Part shown: in pieces, positions 49,231 through 62,177 of the stretch | Layout of the letters: each line of letters begins with the position of its first letter | Numbering within the stretch: position 1 is the stretch's first letter | Assembly: GCA_016748015.1 (NCBI GenBank) | Contig: JAAOMT010000518.1 | Span: forward strand, 62,001 to 126,000 | DNA length: 64,000 bases | Reading direction: 5' to 3' | Source: Geosiphon pyriformis uo1 | Lineage: Eukaryota > Fungi > Glomeromycota | Position numbers and translations under genes: made by a program | Notes under the pieces: model-generated | What the model saw: only the letters and a program-made list of their open reading frames with translations | Told to the model about the DNA's origin: nothing | Database searches by the model: none

Positions 49231-52200
49231 TTAGATTTGTCTTATTTGCGACAAATCATCAGCATTTCCATTGTCTTTTTCTTTTTTGTAATGGGTAGTA
49301 TAATTGTATGGTGCAAGTGCCATTTTCCATTTTAACTGTCTTTCATCTCCAAATTTTTGTTTTTGGAGTAATGTTAATCTCTTGTGATCTGTGTAGACTT
49401 CAAACTTTTGGCTCAAGTATTCTTTCCATTTCATGACTGCCCAGTATATTGCTAAGTGTTCTTGTTCCAGTGTTGTATAGTTCTTTTTGGCTGGTGTTAA
49501 ACCTTTACTGGCATATGTTACTAAATGTTCTCTGCCATCCAGTCCTCTTTGAGATGGTACTGCTCCTAATGCTTGGCCAGATACATTAGTGGTGATAATG
49601 AATGGTTTGCTGTGATCTGAATAGATCAGTACTGGAGCTTGGATAAGCTTTCTTTTCAGAATATCAAAAGCTTCCTGTTGACTTTCTGTCCATTCATATT
49701 TTGTATTTTTGTTTTGCAGTTGGTTAAGTGGCTGTGCTATCTTGGAAAAGTTCTTGATAAAATGTTGATAGTAACTGGCGAATCCCAAAAATGATTTCAG
49801 TTCTGTCATATTGGTCAGCACTAGAAAGTTCTTTACTATCTCAATTTTCTTTGGATCTGTTTTGATGCCATCTTTTTTGATTATGTGTTCCAAGAATTTT
49901 AGTTCTGTTTTGCTGAAGAAGCACTTTGTCGCATTTAACTTTAGTCCTGCTCTTCTTAATCTTTCGAACATTTGTTGAAGATAATAGAGATGATCATCAA
50001 ACATTTTTGAGAATACATTGGTGTCGTCCAAGTATACAACTACTGATTTCCACAACAAGCCAGTATAAATGATTTCCATTAGCCATTGGAAAGTTGCTGG
50101 GGTATTGTTTAAGCCGAATGGCATCACTTCAAATTCGAAATTCTCTTCTCTAGTAGTAAATCTCATTTTCTCTTTGTCAGCTGGATTTATGGCTACTTGC
50201 CAGTAACCACTGTTTAAATCTAATGTTGAGAATCATTTGTTTCCACCAAAAGCATTAAATAATTTTTGTATCTGTGGAGTTGGATAGCTGTCTCCATGAG
50301 TTACACCATTGAGTTTTCTGTAGTTTACACAAAATCGGATTTTTCTATTCTTCTTACGGACGAGTACCACTGGTAATGACTATGGGCTCATGGATGGCTG
50401 AATTAGCCCATTGTCAAGCATTCTGTTTATGTCTTGATAAATGATCTTATGGCTGGCTGGTGGCACTCTGTATGCTCTTTGTTTGATTGGCATTACATCT
50501 TCAGTCTTGATCTGATGCTGGATGATGTCAGTTTGGCCAAACTCATTTTCACTGGCAAAGATGTCATTGAAATTGTTAAGCAATATTTTGAGCTGCATAC
50601 ATTGGAGTGGATCTAAGTTTCCCATGTTCATTTGTTCCAATTGTTCTTATTGGAGCAAATAACATTCGTCTCATCCATAGATTGTTTGTGATGTAATGTC
50701 AACATATTCACAAAGTTGTGAAAAGTCCAGAATGGGTTTTGGTGGTTGGTTTTCTATTTCTGTGTTTAAATATCCAATGGTGATTCCTTCTGGTATGTTG
50801 ATGACATTGCCAGTGTTGTTGTAGATGGGAATTTTTATGCTGCTATAGCTTTTGGCTGGTATGTAGAAGTTGATTAACCCAATCTTTCCTGATTCACAAA
50901 GATTTGCTTCAGCTTCAAAAATTTGTTCCTGCTCTTTTTCTTTTCTTCCTATTGCTAGCATGTACTCACTATATGGTGGAATGGAAATAGCTTGACTGGT
51001 TGAGATAATTTCTCTTTGGTCAACAATTTCTTCTTCTGCCATATTAACTAGTACATTTATTCTACCTATTGATCCAAATCCTTGTATTCCTTTCGCTGTT
51101 ATTCCTAATTCCTCCCTCTTTCCTACTGATACTAACTGAGCTACTCTAACCAAAGGCAGGAATATTGTCTATGCTATCTTTTCGTTGAGCTCTATTATAT
51201 AGGCTTTTTCTGAGTTATTTTGTAACATGGCGATAATATTTCCTATATATCCCATGTCAATTATTCTTTCTCTTATATTAATCCCTCTTTTTGCTAAACT
51301 ATTTCTAGATACTAATTGAACTATTGTTGTTGCTGGAATTTCTAGTGCTATTTTCAGATCAATGCAGGTGCATGAATGTGGTTCTAATTTAATGGCATCT
51401 TTTTCTGGGTATTTCAAATCAAACCCTGCATCAGTATCATGCACGCATTCTGGCATGATACTTTTCCCCTTGTCACTATATCATTTCAACTCCTGCTTCT
51501 TGGAGAAATCTGGTAGTGCAATATATTGTTTGTAGTTTGTATCAGAGTTTGGATCTGAGTTGGAATCATTGTTGTTGTCATTGCCATTTTGAATGGAGCT
51601 TGAACTGTTGTTGTTGTTGTTGTCATTGTCGGAGTTTGAATCGCGATTGATCAGCAATTCTGCTTCTGATGTACAGCTACTGATTGGTTCTTCCTCTTCA
51701 AGGATCATGTAGATCATGTGTGGTGGTGGATTGTAAATGAGGTCACACTCATTACAATATTCAAAGTCACTGAGAATTAAACAATGGTGATACAGTCTCA
51801 TATTTAACTGTGCTAGCTATTGTTTTTGCTTTTCTCTAGTGGGTGCCAAGTTTTGGTAGTGTTCATGGAACTCTTCTGGTTTCAGAAAATTTATGACTGG
51901 CTCTGCATCCCAGTCAAGCTTGATGGGTTTTGGTGGGTTGTTTTTAATTGTCCTGATTTCTTCTGGTGTTGCTTCTTCTATTTTGGCAATTGCCATTCTC
52001 CAAACTTTGTCATTATCATGTGGACAACTGTCCAGTTGCTACACAGCTCTTCTCCAGGCTGCTTCTATTGGGGTTCCTTTCCTTATCCAGTCACTTATTA
52101 GAATTGTGTATTGACATGATATGTCGCATGTTCCTCCATGTCTTGGAATGTCGTTCCACATTCCTTCATCTAACAGGGTCTCTTTACAAGCAAGACAAGA

Positions 52201-55200
52201 CTGGTTATCCCATTTTTCTTGCCTTTTTGGTCTTCTAAAGTGTTCAAGTAAGCATGGACAACAGTAAAACTTTGTGGCAGCATGGTATTCCTCATCATCA
52301 TCACAGCATGTGTCCATCGACAACAGTTTCTTACTGCAATCGACGCATACAAGCCTTGGCCACCGATAATTGGATTGTGGCGAAGTGTAGTGGATGTAGA
52401 AATTATAAATGCTAACAGTTGGTGTTGTTCTTTCTTCCTTTTTTTTTCCTTTTCTCTTATCTTCGTTCTATTCCCAACTTAAGGCTTCTTCTTGTTCGTT
52501 ATCAGTCCAAGTCAGATTGTTAGTTTCTCAGGTAAGTTCATTTGTTTGCTTTCTTTTTCCATTGTCGTCCCACAAGAGTATTGGTGGCAGCTCATTGTGC
52601 TCTTTGTCAGCCCATGACATTTGGTAGACTTCCCAGGTAGGTTTTGGTTTCTCTTTTTTGAAGTTGATTAATAGTGTCATAGTGTTGGTAGCCTTAAAGT
52701 GGCCACATGTTGCTGGTACTTGCATGTGTTGCCCGTTCTGGCTGAGTTGAAGCTCTTGGGTATTCCAGTCCAGAGTGGTATTCATCTTGGACAACCAGTC
52801 ATTACCAACTAGAGCTTAGTATTGGGTGGCTTTTATGATGAGTACTTTGATTGGTACTATGATGCCGTTAATTTCAATTAGTAAGTCATCAATTTTGCTG
52901 ATTGGAGTCTTGGTTGCTCTATTAGCCGTAATGATTCTGGCATTAGCAGCTCGATCAACTCGGCAACCTAATTGATCTATGAGTTGTCATGTGATAATGC
53001 TACTTGCTGAACCACTGTCAAAAATTAGTTTGATGAAATGGCCATCAATTTTCGCATCAGTGTACATGGCAGTAATTGGTTTTTCTTCCAGTATAGCTCT
53101 ACTGAATAATGGCATGGTTGTTAGTTCCTCGAGTTTGAATAGAAAAATGGCATCCAGAGATTTGTCTTCTGTGATTGTGGCAGGTAGGATGTTGTTGGTA
53201 GGTGTTTGTCCGAGTTCCTGGTTGTTGGGTGTGGCATCTTTTGAAGTAACCAGGAGACTTAAATAGTTTTGGGAATTTGGGTGTTGGGTGGCACTGGTAC
53301 CTGAATTCCGAGAATGGGATCCTGAGCTTTGGTGAGAGGAACTGGGAATCGGTTGATGAACAACCATCACCGATCTCCAATTTTGAGCAATTCTGGGTTT
53401 CGAGTTTCCTGATGTCATCGTAGCTGAGTTTTGGAGTGGTGTTTGGATTAATGGTTGAGACTGATAAATTATTTGGGACTGTGGCTGATAAATTACTGGT
53501 GGCTGTGGTTGATAAACTGGGGTTTGATATACTGGCAGTTGATAGATTGGTTGCTGCGTTATTGGCAGGTAAGTATTTTGATATTGATCTTGATCCTGAT
53601 TTGGATAATGATTTGGTGATTGGGGTTTCTGTATTGATTTTCTGATCATTGGTTACTATAAGTATGGCAATTAACTCGAATATGGTCTTGTTTTCCACAG
53701 TTGTGGCAGACACACGTTTCTGGTTGCCACGGTAGACTAGATGCTGTCAAGGATGATGAACGTAATTGATTTTGGAAATGATTCGCATTTCCTGGATTAT
53801 GGTGTCGTTGTAGTGTTTGATATATGGTGCAATTGTCAGCTAAGTATCTTTCCAATCTCTTATTAATTGATTTACTGAACTTCTCCAATTTGGAATCCAA
53901 TTCAAATGATCCGTTCATTACTAGATTAATGGCTTGGACATGGTTAACCTCTGACTCAGTGGATTCAAAATCTCTGGTGTGTATGACTGCATTTTGAAGA
54001 GTGCCAGGATGCAATGGACGTACATGTTGCAAGATGCTGCTGCATAGGCCACGAATAAACTGGTTAAGTATCTGTGGCGCTGTGAAATAGTTGGCATTAA
54101 TTGCTTGAATTTGGTGTAGGTTTCGATGGAAGCATTTCAGGTAAGTGGTAACTGCTTCAGATTCTTCTTGTTTCATGGTGGTGAATGTATTGACTAGGTG
54201 ATTGATGCTGTTATTGTTGCTAAAGTATCTTAGGAATTCCATTTTAAAGGCATTGAAATCTTGTGGTCTATTAACCAAGCTCTGATACCATGAATTGGCA
54301 GTATTCTTGAGAAAGTAGGGAATGGCTTGCATTGCTCAGTTGTTATTCCATCTGTTGGCTGTGATGGTCTTTTCTATATTGTTCAGCCATACTTGAGTGT
54401 CATCCTCTTTACTAGTAAAGTTGTCAAGTTTTGCAATTGGTGCATAAGCCATTGGATCTAAGTTAGATGGTTGTGGTGGCTGTTGAAGCAGTTGTTGTTG
54501 TACTGGTTGTTGGGGTGGTAGTTGAAATGGCTGCTAGATGGGTTCGACTATGGGATTAATAGGTGGTTGATTGATAACAATTACCAGAGATAAGTTTTTC
54601 TGATTAATTAATTCAGGGTTTGAATTGTCCTGTCTTTGATGATTTGGAGTTTCAATTTCCAAATTTTCTAGATTTAGATTTTGCTGAGTTTGAAGATTCG
54701 GGGTTTCAACTTCCAGGTTTTCAGTGATTGGGTGCTGGTAAGTGAATTCTTGATCCTTTGATTCTTCTTCCTCTTTTTCTGACTCTGCTGCTTCCCACAG
54801 ATCAGAGATTTCAAAATCTGGTAGAGGCGGTAGTGATCAAAGTTCTGATGAAATTGATGATTGTGAATTAAATCTCTCAAAGTATTCGCCATATGGTCCT
54901 AATAATTTGGTTTTCCTTTGTTTACTTTGGAATGAGAATCATCCAAATGCTGATGTCGCAGTTGATGGAAACGTGTCTGTTGATAATATGTTGATGGCGC
55001 TTCCAGGTGTATAGTGGTAGGATGGGTTGCTTGGGAATTTAATTCTGTTTTTCTTCCAAGTAGGTGGCTGTATTTTTCTGGGTGTTACTGCTGGTGTTTG
55101 TAGTTTTCCCTTGCCTTTACTAGCATATGTAATTGGATATCTTTGTTGAATGTGGTGTTCAATTTCTTTGTTGATCTTAGTGATGATGAACACAAAATTA

Positions 55201-55463
55201 TGATTTGTTAGTAGATTGGTGTTTTGAATTAATTCCCTATAGAAAGTTTCCCTTGCTGATTCAGTATTTACTAGTGTCCCTAACAAAGAGAAAATTTTTT
55301 TGTTGATGCAGAAATTGAAGGCTGATTCGGCAGATATATGATTGTGGTTTAATCCCAAGTATTGACAATAGTATTGAAATAAAGATTTTGCAAATCCTAA
55401 ATAGTTTGCTCCTATATTTTCTGATTCTGCCACTTTTGGATGGTGTTTGTTGGTGCTGGTTCT
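49231..55463 (-). pseudogene. gag-pol: Family B copy 2 polyprotein (N-extension, Gag, PR, Cys-rich, dUTPase ~51065-51456, RT, RNase H)
   Basis: CHNCGKQDHIRVNC; LIFDSGSASSII; DAGFDL..GIQGFGSIG; YLDD; YTDHK; ends LSQIRQI*. Confidence 0.93.
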
Positions 55464-55494
55464 CTGTAGAATTATACCTCACAGGAGCACCAAA

Positions 55495-56325
55495 TGTTAT
55501 AGGTAAGTGTTTCTGCTGTTGAATTAAATAACAAACCTGTAACTTGGTGCTCAAAAGCTACTTTCATTGATGAGGTTCTGTAAGTATTATATCTGAAGGT
55601 TTTAGTAGAGTCCTTTGTATAATGGACAAAGATTTAATAGTTGTTTATCTGTAGCTTCCTAGACTCACAAGTCTGTCAATTTTTTTTTCAGCTTAGTGGC
55701 CGGCAATCCTCTGGTAAGTAATCCATATCTCTTGTATATGTCCTACTCTCTCGCAGGGGTCTTTTACCAGGCAATTCTTGATGTCAGTAATTAGCACTTT
55801 CAATTAATTGGTTAGTGCACAATAACAAAATCACAAAAAATAAAATAAAGAAAGAAAAAAAAAATAAAAAAATAAAAGAAAATAAGCCAAGGTGATTTGC
55901 AAGTTAGTATCTTGTCAATAGCCATGATCAAAAGCTATTGTTCTAGCATGGTTAAGTATCAATTACTATTAATATGAAGTATTGATAGTGAAGAGTGGGT
56001 TTAAGATATAGAATAATTATTTATTTGATTATTGGAACTAGAATGTTGCTTAGATTCAATCTTAACTGGGAGATCTGCCTCTTTTTAGCTTCTAATCTTA
56101 TTGCTATATATACATAATTGAGATTCCTTAATTTCTCAATTCTTTGCAACAGGAATCCTGAGATTTCTGGTGAGAAAAATCCTAGAATTCTGGAATTCTG
56201 TAATTCCTCGTCGGAGAATTCTGAAATTTCTGGAATCTTGGAATTCCACATTTACTATGTCTACCTCTGATTGGCTAATATCTACTGACTAATAATACTA
56301 TATTTTCTATATTCTATGAGTAATA
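55495..56325 (-). repeat. 5' LTR, family B copy 2 (831 bp; U3 array contracted)
   Basis: 40 bp shorter than the 3' LTR, with the losses inside the GGAATTCC array; followed by PBS TGGTGCTCCTGTGAGG. Confidence 0.93.
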
Positions 56326-56989
56326 CCATATATTTAGCTGTTTTTTTTTCTTTTGTTTATTCAAACTTATCAAAATAATCTTATATTTTACTCTAAAAAC
56401 TATATTTACTAAATATATTAATATTTGGACTATTTGAATTATTAAATTCTGTTATTTTAATGTTGTTATATATGCATAATTTTATATATTTTTTTAATTG
56501 ATTATAATAATTAATAAACAAATAGTACTAGTTATATTTTTTTTTAATTTTATTGAACTTGAACAAGTTCGTAAACTTCTAACCAGATTTAAACCAAACT
56601 TAGACTTGTTAAAAAGATTTAATGTCGAACTTAAACTGAATTTGTTTTGAAAAATTAATTCAGTTCAAGTTTAATTTATAATTTAAACCAAATTTGAACA
56701 ACACTCAAAGTTTGGTTTAGTTTGATTCAATTGAAATTTTATTTCTAAATATAAAACTACTGTTAATAACAGAAGTTTAATTATAAAAAAAGCTATAAAA
56801 AGTCTGATATTAATTTAATTACTGCTAATATAATTGTCAAAAAAATCAATGTTATTAATAATGCTTTCAAGTTTTAAAATGTTTATTTAATGATAAATTA
56901 ATTAATATAAATATAAATAACACTATAAAATTAGAGAGTATAAACACAAAAAAATATTTGATAAAAAAAACTAGTTTTTAGCTTAATAG

Positions 56990-59826
56990 TAAAATTTTAA
57001 TATTTAGTTTAATTTAGTTTGAGTTTAATTAAACCATTAAATTAAATTGAATTTGAACAAAAATTTTGGTTAAATTTCGAATTTAAACTTAAACTTAACT
57101 TAAAATTATTAAATTTTAAACTAAATTCAAATCTAAACAATAAGTTTAATTTAAAGTTTGTAAATATGTTTAGGTTTGACTATTAAAAATTATATTATAT
57201 TCTTAATTAATTTTTTTTTAATAGTTTCTATATTTATAATTAAAAACACTATATTGCTTTTATAATTTAGATATTATACAAACTTTATATTTGTAATTAT
57301 ATTTTTACTTACAGAAAAAATTTATTTAAAAACAACAAATAATTTTTAAATTATTAAGTAATTACAAATTATATATATAAAACAAAAATATTGTTTTTAA
57401 TATATTTAAATATCAAATTTTTAATAAAAATAATAATTTAAATAAATATTTTTTACAATATACTTTTTATCATACTATTATTATTTTTTTTATTGGTTAT
57501 TTTTTAAAAATAATTTTATTAAGTTTTTTTTATTATTATTATTAAAATTTGCTTTTAATATAAATTATATAATTAATATTATAATATTATTAAAATTTTT
57601 ATTTAACAAAAAACTGTTTTTTAATATTAGTATAATAATTAATATGTATGTTGTTTTTAAAAAAATATGTATTCTAAAGTTTATTTATCATATAAAAGTT
57701 AAAAAATAAAATTATTTAAATAAATAAATAATTTACAATTATTTTATTTTATTAATATTGTTATTTAAAAATTTTTTTTCTAAAATAATATAATTGTATT
57801 TTTTTTAAATTCAATATAATATAGAATATTATAATTGTATTTTTTTACTGTTTTAGCTATTGTAACAAGTAATAGATCTAATATTAAATATATTAAATAA
57901 ATAAATAAATTTTATTAAAATTATAATATTTTACCAAATTTATTATTAACTATGTTTTTAATATAATTAAAAAAATTTTAAAAAAAAATTTAAAAAACAA
58001 TATTATTTAAACTGGCTAATATTTTAATTGTAATATCTTTTATTAAAAACAGCTCAATAATTGTATTCAATAATATATTGATAATAATTAATATAAATAT
58101 TAGTAAAAATATTAAGTATTTATAAATTTACAGTTAAAATTTTTGTATTTAGTATATATAAAATAAAAAATAAAAAATTGTTAATTTAAAAAATAATTTA
58201 TTTTTAAATATGTTGTAAATAAAATTTTACCAAATAGAATAATTTAGAATAAATTTATAATATTTAATTTAACATATATTATAAGTATGTTCAAAAAGTT
58301 TAAAATATTAAAATAAGATATAAATTACAAAATTAAGTTTTTTAAACTTAAATTATACAAAGTTTATATTAAAAAATTTTAAATAAATTATATTTAATTT
58401 GAGTTTTTTAACAAATATTTTGAAAATATTATCTTTTATTTTATCTAAAACTATTTATACTGCTAAATTAAAAATTTAATAAAAACATTAAAATTGAAGA
58501 TATTTCAAATTCTATTAAATTTTTTTTTTTAATTTTTTTCTAACTTTTTTATAAAAGTATTACTATTTGTAGTATTATTTAAGATAATAGTAAAAAGCTT
58601 TTAAAAAAAATTAAAAAATTAATAAAATTAATAGTAAAATTATATAAAAAAAAGTAATTGTGACTCTTTTTTAAACTGGTTTTTTAATTTTTTTAGTTAA
58701 AAATTTGGCTTGAAACAATAATAAAAACCAACTTAAGCCAATATTAAGAAAATACAATTTTTAATATGTCAATTTTATTATTGGTTATTAATTAATCCAA
58801 ATTTATACTAAAAATATATATACATATTTTTTATAATTTTTTAATACTTTAAAAAATTTATTTGCAAAATTTATTTTATTATATTATTTATTTATTAAAC
58901 CAAAATCAATTATTGTTTGTTAAAAATTCTAATTATTATTGATATAATAAATAATAACAAATCAAAAACTTTGTTATAATATCTAGAAATCTAATGTAAA
59001 AATTTTTTTGAACTTAATAATATTTAAATATGTTTATTATGTTATAAGTATGAGTAAAATAAAAAATATATTTTATAATAAAGATAATACTTACTCTTAA
59101 TTTTTGTTTACTTAAAATATAGAGTTTCATAACTCTATTTTTAATTGTATTAGCACAAACAGATTGAGAAGTGGAATTTAAATATTAGAATATTTCAATC
59201 AATTTAAGATCTTATATTATAACAAATAATTATTAATAGTTGATAAGCCAGATAGCAATCATATCATAAAGTTTTATTATTAATATTAATAGCAGTTATT
59301 ACAAAAAGCTAGCCAAAAAATAATAAAAAAATAGCAATCTTATCTGTTAAAACATTTCTTTGATTAATCTGTAATTTTTCTATTGTCACATATACTGTTC
59401 AATGAGAAGCCTCTAAATGACACTATAAAGGTTTGGTAGTGTCTATAATTCCACAAAAAATGGTTTATGCACATATTTTAAGACTGTATATTTAGCTATT
59501 TGTTTTCTTTTGTCCACTTAAACTTATCAAAATAGTTTTATACCTTACTCTAAAAACTACATTTACCAGAAATATTAATATTTGGACTATTTAGGTTATC
59601 AAATTCTATTATTTTAGATTTTGAATCTTTAATAATATTAGACAATAAGTTTATTTTGGTAAGTTGGAAAGTGGAGTTGTCATTTATATATATAGTTTTA
59701 TATACTTTTTTAATTGATAATAATAATTAAACAAAGTAATAATTGATGAACAAATAATACAAAAAATATTTTTATTTTATTTTATCGAACTTGAATAAGT
59801 TCGTGAACTTTAAATCAGACCTGAAT
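56990..59826 (-). mobile_element. hAT copy 2, same orientation, far terminus truncated, no gypsy insertion
   Basis: Colinear with 43384-46220 plus 56330-56590; starts TAAAATTTTAATATTT versus TAGGGTTTTGGTATTT. Confidence 0.8.
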
Positions 59827-59908
59827 TTTCTGGTTCTAATAATATAGATATAACTCCCAAGGGACCAAAAGTAGTTACAAAGCGTGTTCTTGGGAAACCT
59901 CTTGGCAG

Positions 59909-60263
59909 TGTTATCATTAGAAATTTGAGCTATTAATTAGCATGAAATTACTCTTATAATTCCTATCATTAATTAGCAAATATTATTATTAAATTATTAC
60001 TTATTATCCTTTCAAATTATCTAAATTATTATTTGATTAATAACCCAATTTGTACAGAACACAAATATAACTAAATTGTGATAATCAGATCATGTAATAT
60101 CCCGAACTATGTAAAATTTATGAATTTTGCCAAAATAGTTAGAAATTCGACAAAATATTCAACAATTCATGGAAATAATTGATAATTTGCAAAAATAACC
60201 TGTAGCTTGACAAAATGTATCTTTATTTCACTAAAATATTAGAAAAAGAAAAAGTACTAGGTT
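59909..60263 (+). repeat. Truncated family-A-like LTR (5' ~355 bp)
   Basis: TGTTATCATTAGAAATTTGAGCTATTAATTAGCATGAAATTAC matches the start of the 22518 LTR; similarity ends near GAAAAGTACTAGGTT. Confidence 0.85.
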
Positions 60264-60269
60264 GATAAA

Positions 60270-61371
60270 ATAGTCGAACAAATCAAATTTTTAGAAAAGC
60301 TAGGAACGGGAGGATTTTGGTGTTGTTAAAGAAGGCAGATGGGAGAGAGACAGAATTCACTTTTGAAACAAGAAAAATCAAAAGTATGAGCGAAGTGGGG
60401 TCACGAGAGTTGCTTTAAAAGTAGTGGAAAAATGGAATATGTCAATTCAATTGAGGTAATTTGGTTTAATAAATTTTTTAGATTTTTTTTATTCCCATTC
60501 TTTTTCTAACACTAGAATGCACATTAAAATAGTTTATTGCTCATCTTAAGTGTGCCTCTTGCAAATGTATCCTTGAATGTTATGGAATCACAAAAGACGT
60601 TACAATCGATGAATTTGTTATGGTTTTACCATTTGCAGAACATGGAGATCTCAGAGCTTTTCTAAAAGTGAACGAAACCACTCTTACTTGGGGCATGTTT
60701 CTTGATATTCTTTTTCAAATCGCTGGTGACCTAAGATTTATACACGACTCAAAATTGGTGCATGGGGACTTACATCCTGGAAATATCCTTGTTTTGAAAA
60801 CAGACCTTTAAAAGTTGTCATTTCTGATCTTGGATTCTGACGTCCTGCCGATTATTCTCCCCGGTCTGGTAATATTTATTGTGTTCTTGAGTATCTCGAG
60901 ATTTGCAAGGGAGCTTCTCATACTAAGTATAGTGATATATACAGCTTTGCTATCATTTCCTGTGAAATCATTTCTGGAGAAAGACCTTTGCATAATACAG
61001 CCTATATTTACGTGCGATTTGATGTAATCGATTGAGAACGTCCTATAATCAAAAAATATACACCTCAATGTATTCAGGAAATGATTGAAAAAAATTGGCA
61101 TTGTGATCCGCAATACCGTGACACCGCAGAAGAACTTCAAAAAACCGTTATTGCTACACGTGATAATTGTAACTTAAATCAACCTATCCATTAAAAAGGC
61201 CTTAATTCTGAAGAGAGACAAGATGCTATCAGAGATAGAAGCCGATTAATCCCAAAACCTGGATATTCTACAAAGGGTAGGCCTTTAATTTATTCTATTT
61301 AATATTTGGCACATTCTCTTTGTTTAACCACCACCTTTTTAGAGTTCGATTTTGATTTAGGGATTAATTAA
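60270..61371 (+). pseudogene. Tyrosine-kinase-like protein kinase pseudogene, 5' end missing
   Basis: LGTGGF/GVV, VALK, intron 60456-60532 (GTAATT..CTAAC..TAG), CYGIT, HGDLHPGNIL, ISDLGF, SDIYSF, SGERP, SRLI, and a likely second intron 61277-61342. Several frameshifts and stops. Confidence 0.88.
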
Positions 61372-62102
61372 TTAGCAATGATGGATTAATCCACGGTATG
61401 TACGAAATCAATGAATTCAAATTCTAATTAAATTGACGATATCAGTAGCCTTTCTAATAATTATATTAAACTTGGAACAGATAAAAATTTTGAGGAAGGT
61501 TTATTTATATAACTTAAAATGTATTATAGACTATTATCTATAGTTTCATTTCATATATATTTTAAAAGATGTTTACCTTTATTTTAAGTCTGAAGATTAA
61601 GATTTTCCTTAACAAATGTTCAAAATGTGTTTAGATATTTTGAAAGCCTAAATAAGTATTTCAAGTAACCAAAAATCACTTAAACGTAAAACGGTTATAT
61701 TCCTTCGATATGGAGCATGCTGCGACAAAACCAGACAAAGTAAACACATGTGACATCTCAAATTTTTTGCAATATAGACAAGTTTTGCTACTTCATGTTC
61801 ACCTGTAGTTCCGAATCTATTAACTCGTTGCCTAAATTTCTGTCTCTGGCATTTTGGCGTACAGTAAAATAGCCAGGGTACTATGAATTATGAAGAGAAA
61901 TGGATTTTAACAAAATATCATTTAAATTTGACCAATAGCCGAACCTAATTTCGAACAAGAAATTTCACATTACATAATGGGTCCAATATTCGAAATCTAA
62001 AATACATTATAAAATAACCCCCGATTTGTTGTAACATCTGAAAGTGATCATTATGATGGGCTAAAATGATTATCTGGATTGTTATTATTTCATAAATATG
62101 TA

Positions 62103-62177
62103 TAGTAGACACCAAAGTAACCCCCGATTACATGTGTAACAATATAAAAAATTGGGCATTACTTTTGGTGCCTGTTG
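62103..62177. mobile_element. Possible 75-bp Tc1/pogo-type MITE remnant
   Basis: Imperfect ~24-bp inverted termini TAGTAGACACCAAAGTAACCCCC / GGGCATTACTTTTGGTGCCTGTTG, flanked by TA on both sides. Confidence 0.35.

Larger units (their letters stand above)
46221..56325 (-). mobile_element. Ty3/gypsy LTR retrotransposon, family B copy 2 (10105 bp), inserted in hAT copy 1
   Basis: LTRs 55495-56325 and 46221-47091; perfect TSD CCAT (46217-46220 / 56326-56329); empty paralogous site near 59485; colinear with copy 1. Confidence 0.97.
43384..56741 (-). mobile_element. hAT DNA transposon copy 1 (~3.25 kb excluding the gypsy insertion)
   Basis: Termini TAGGGTTTTGG / ..TTGAAATTTTA are inverted if transitions are allowed. 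Subterminal GGTTC/GAACC-derived repeats occur at both ends. 8-bp TSD TTTTTAAA / TTTCTAAA. Transposase motifs present. Confidence 0.8.
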
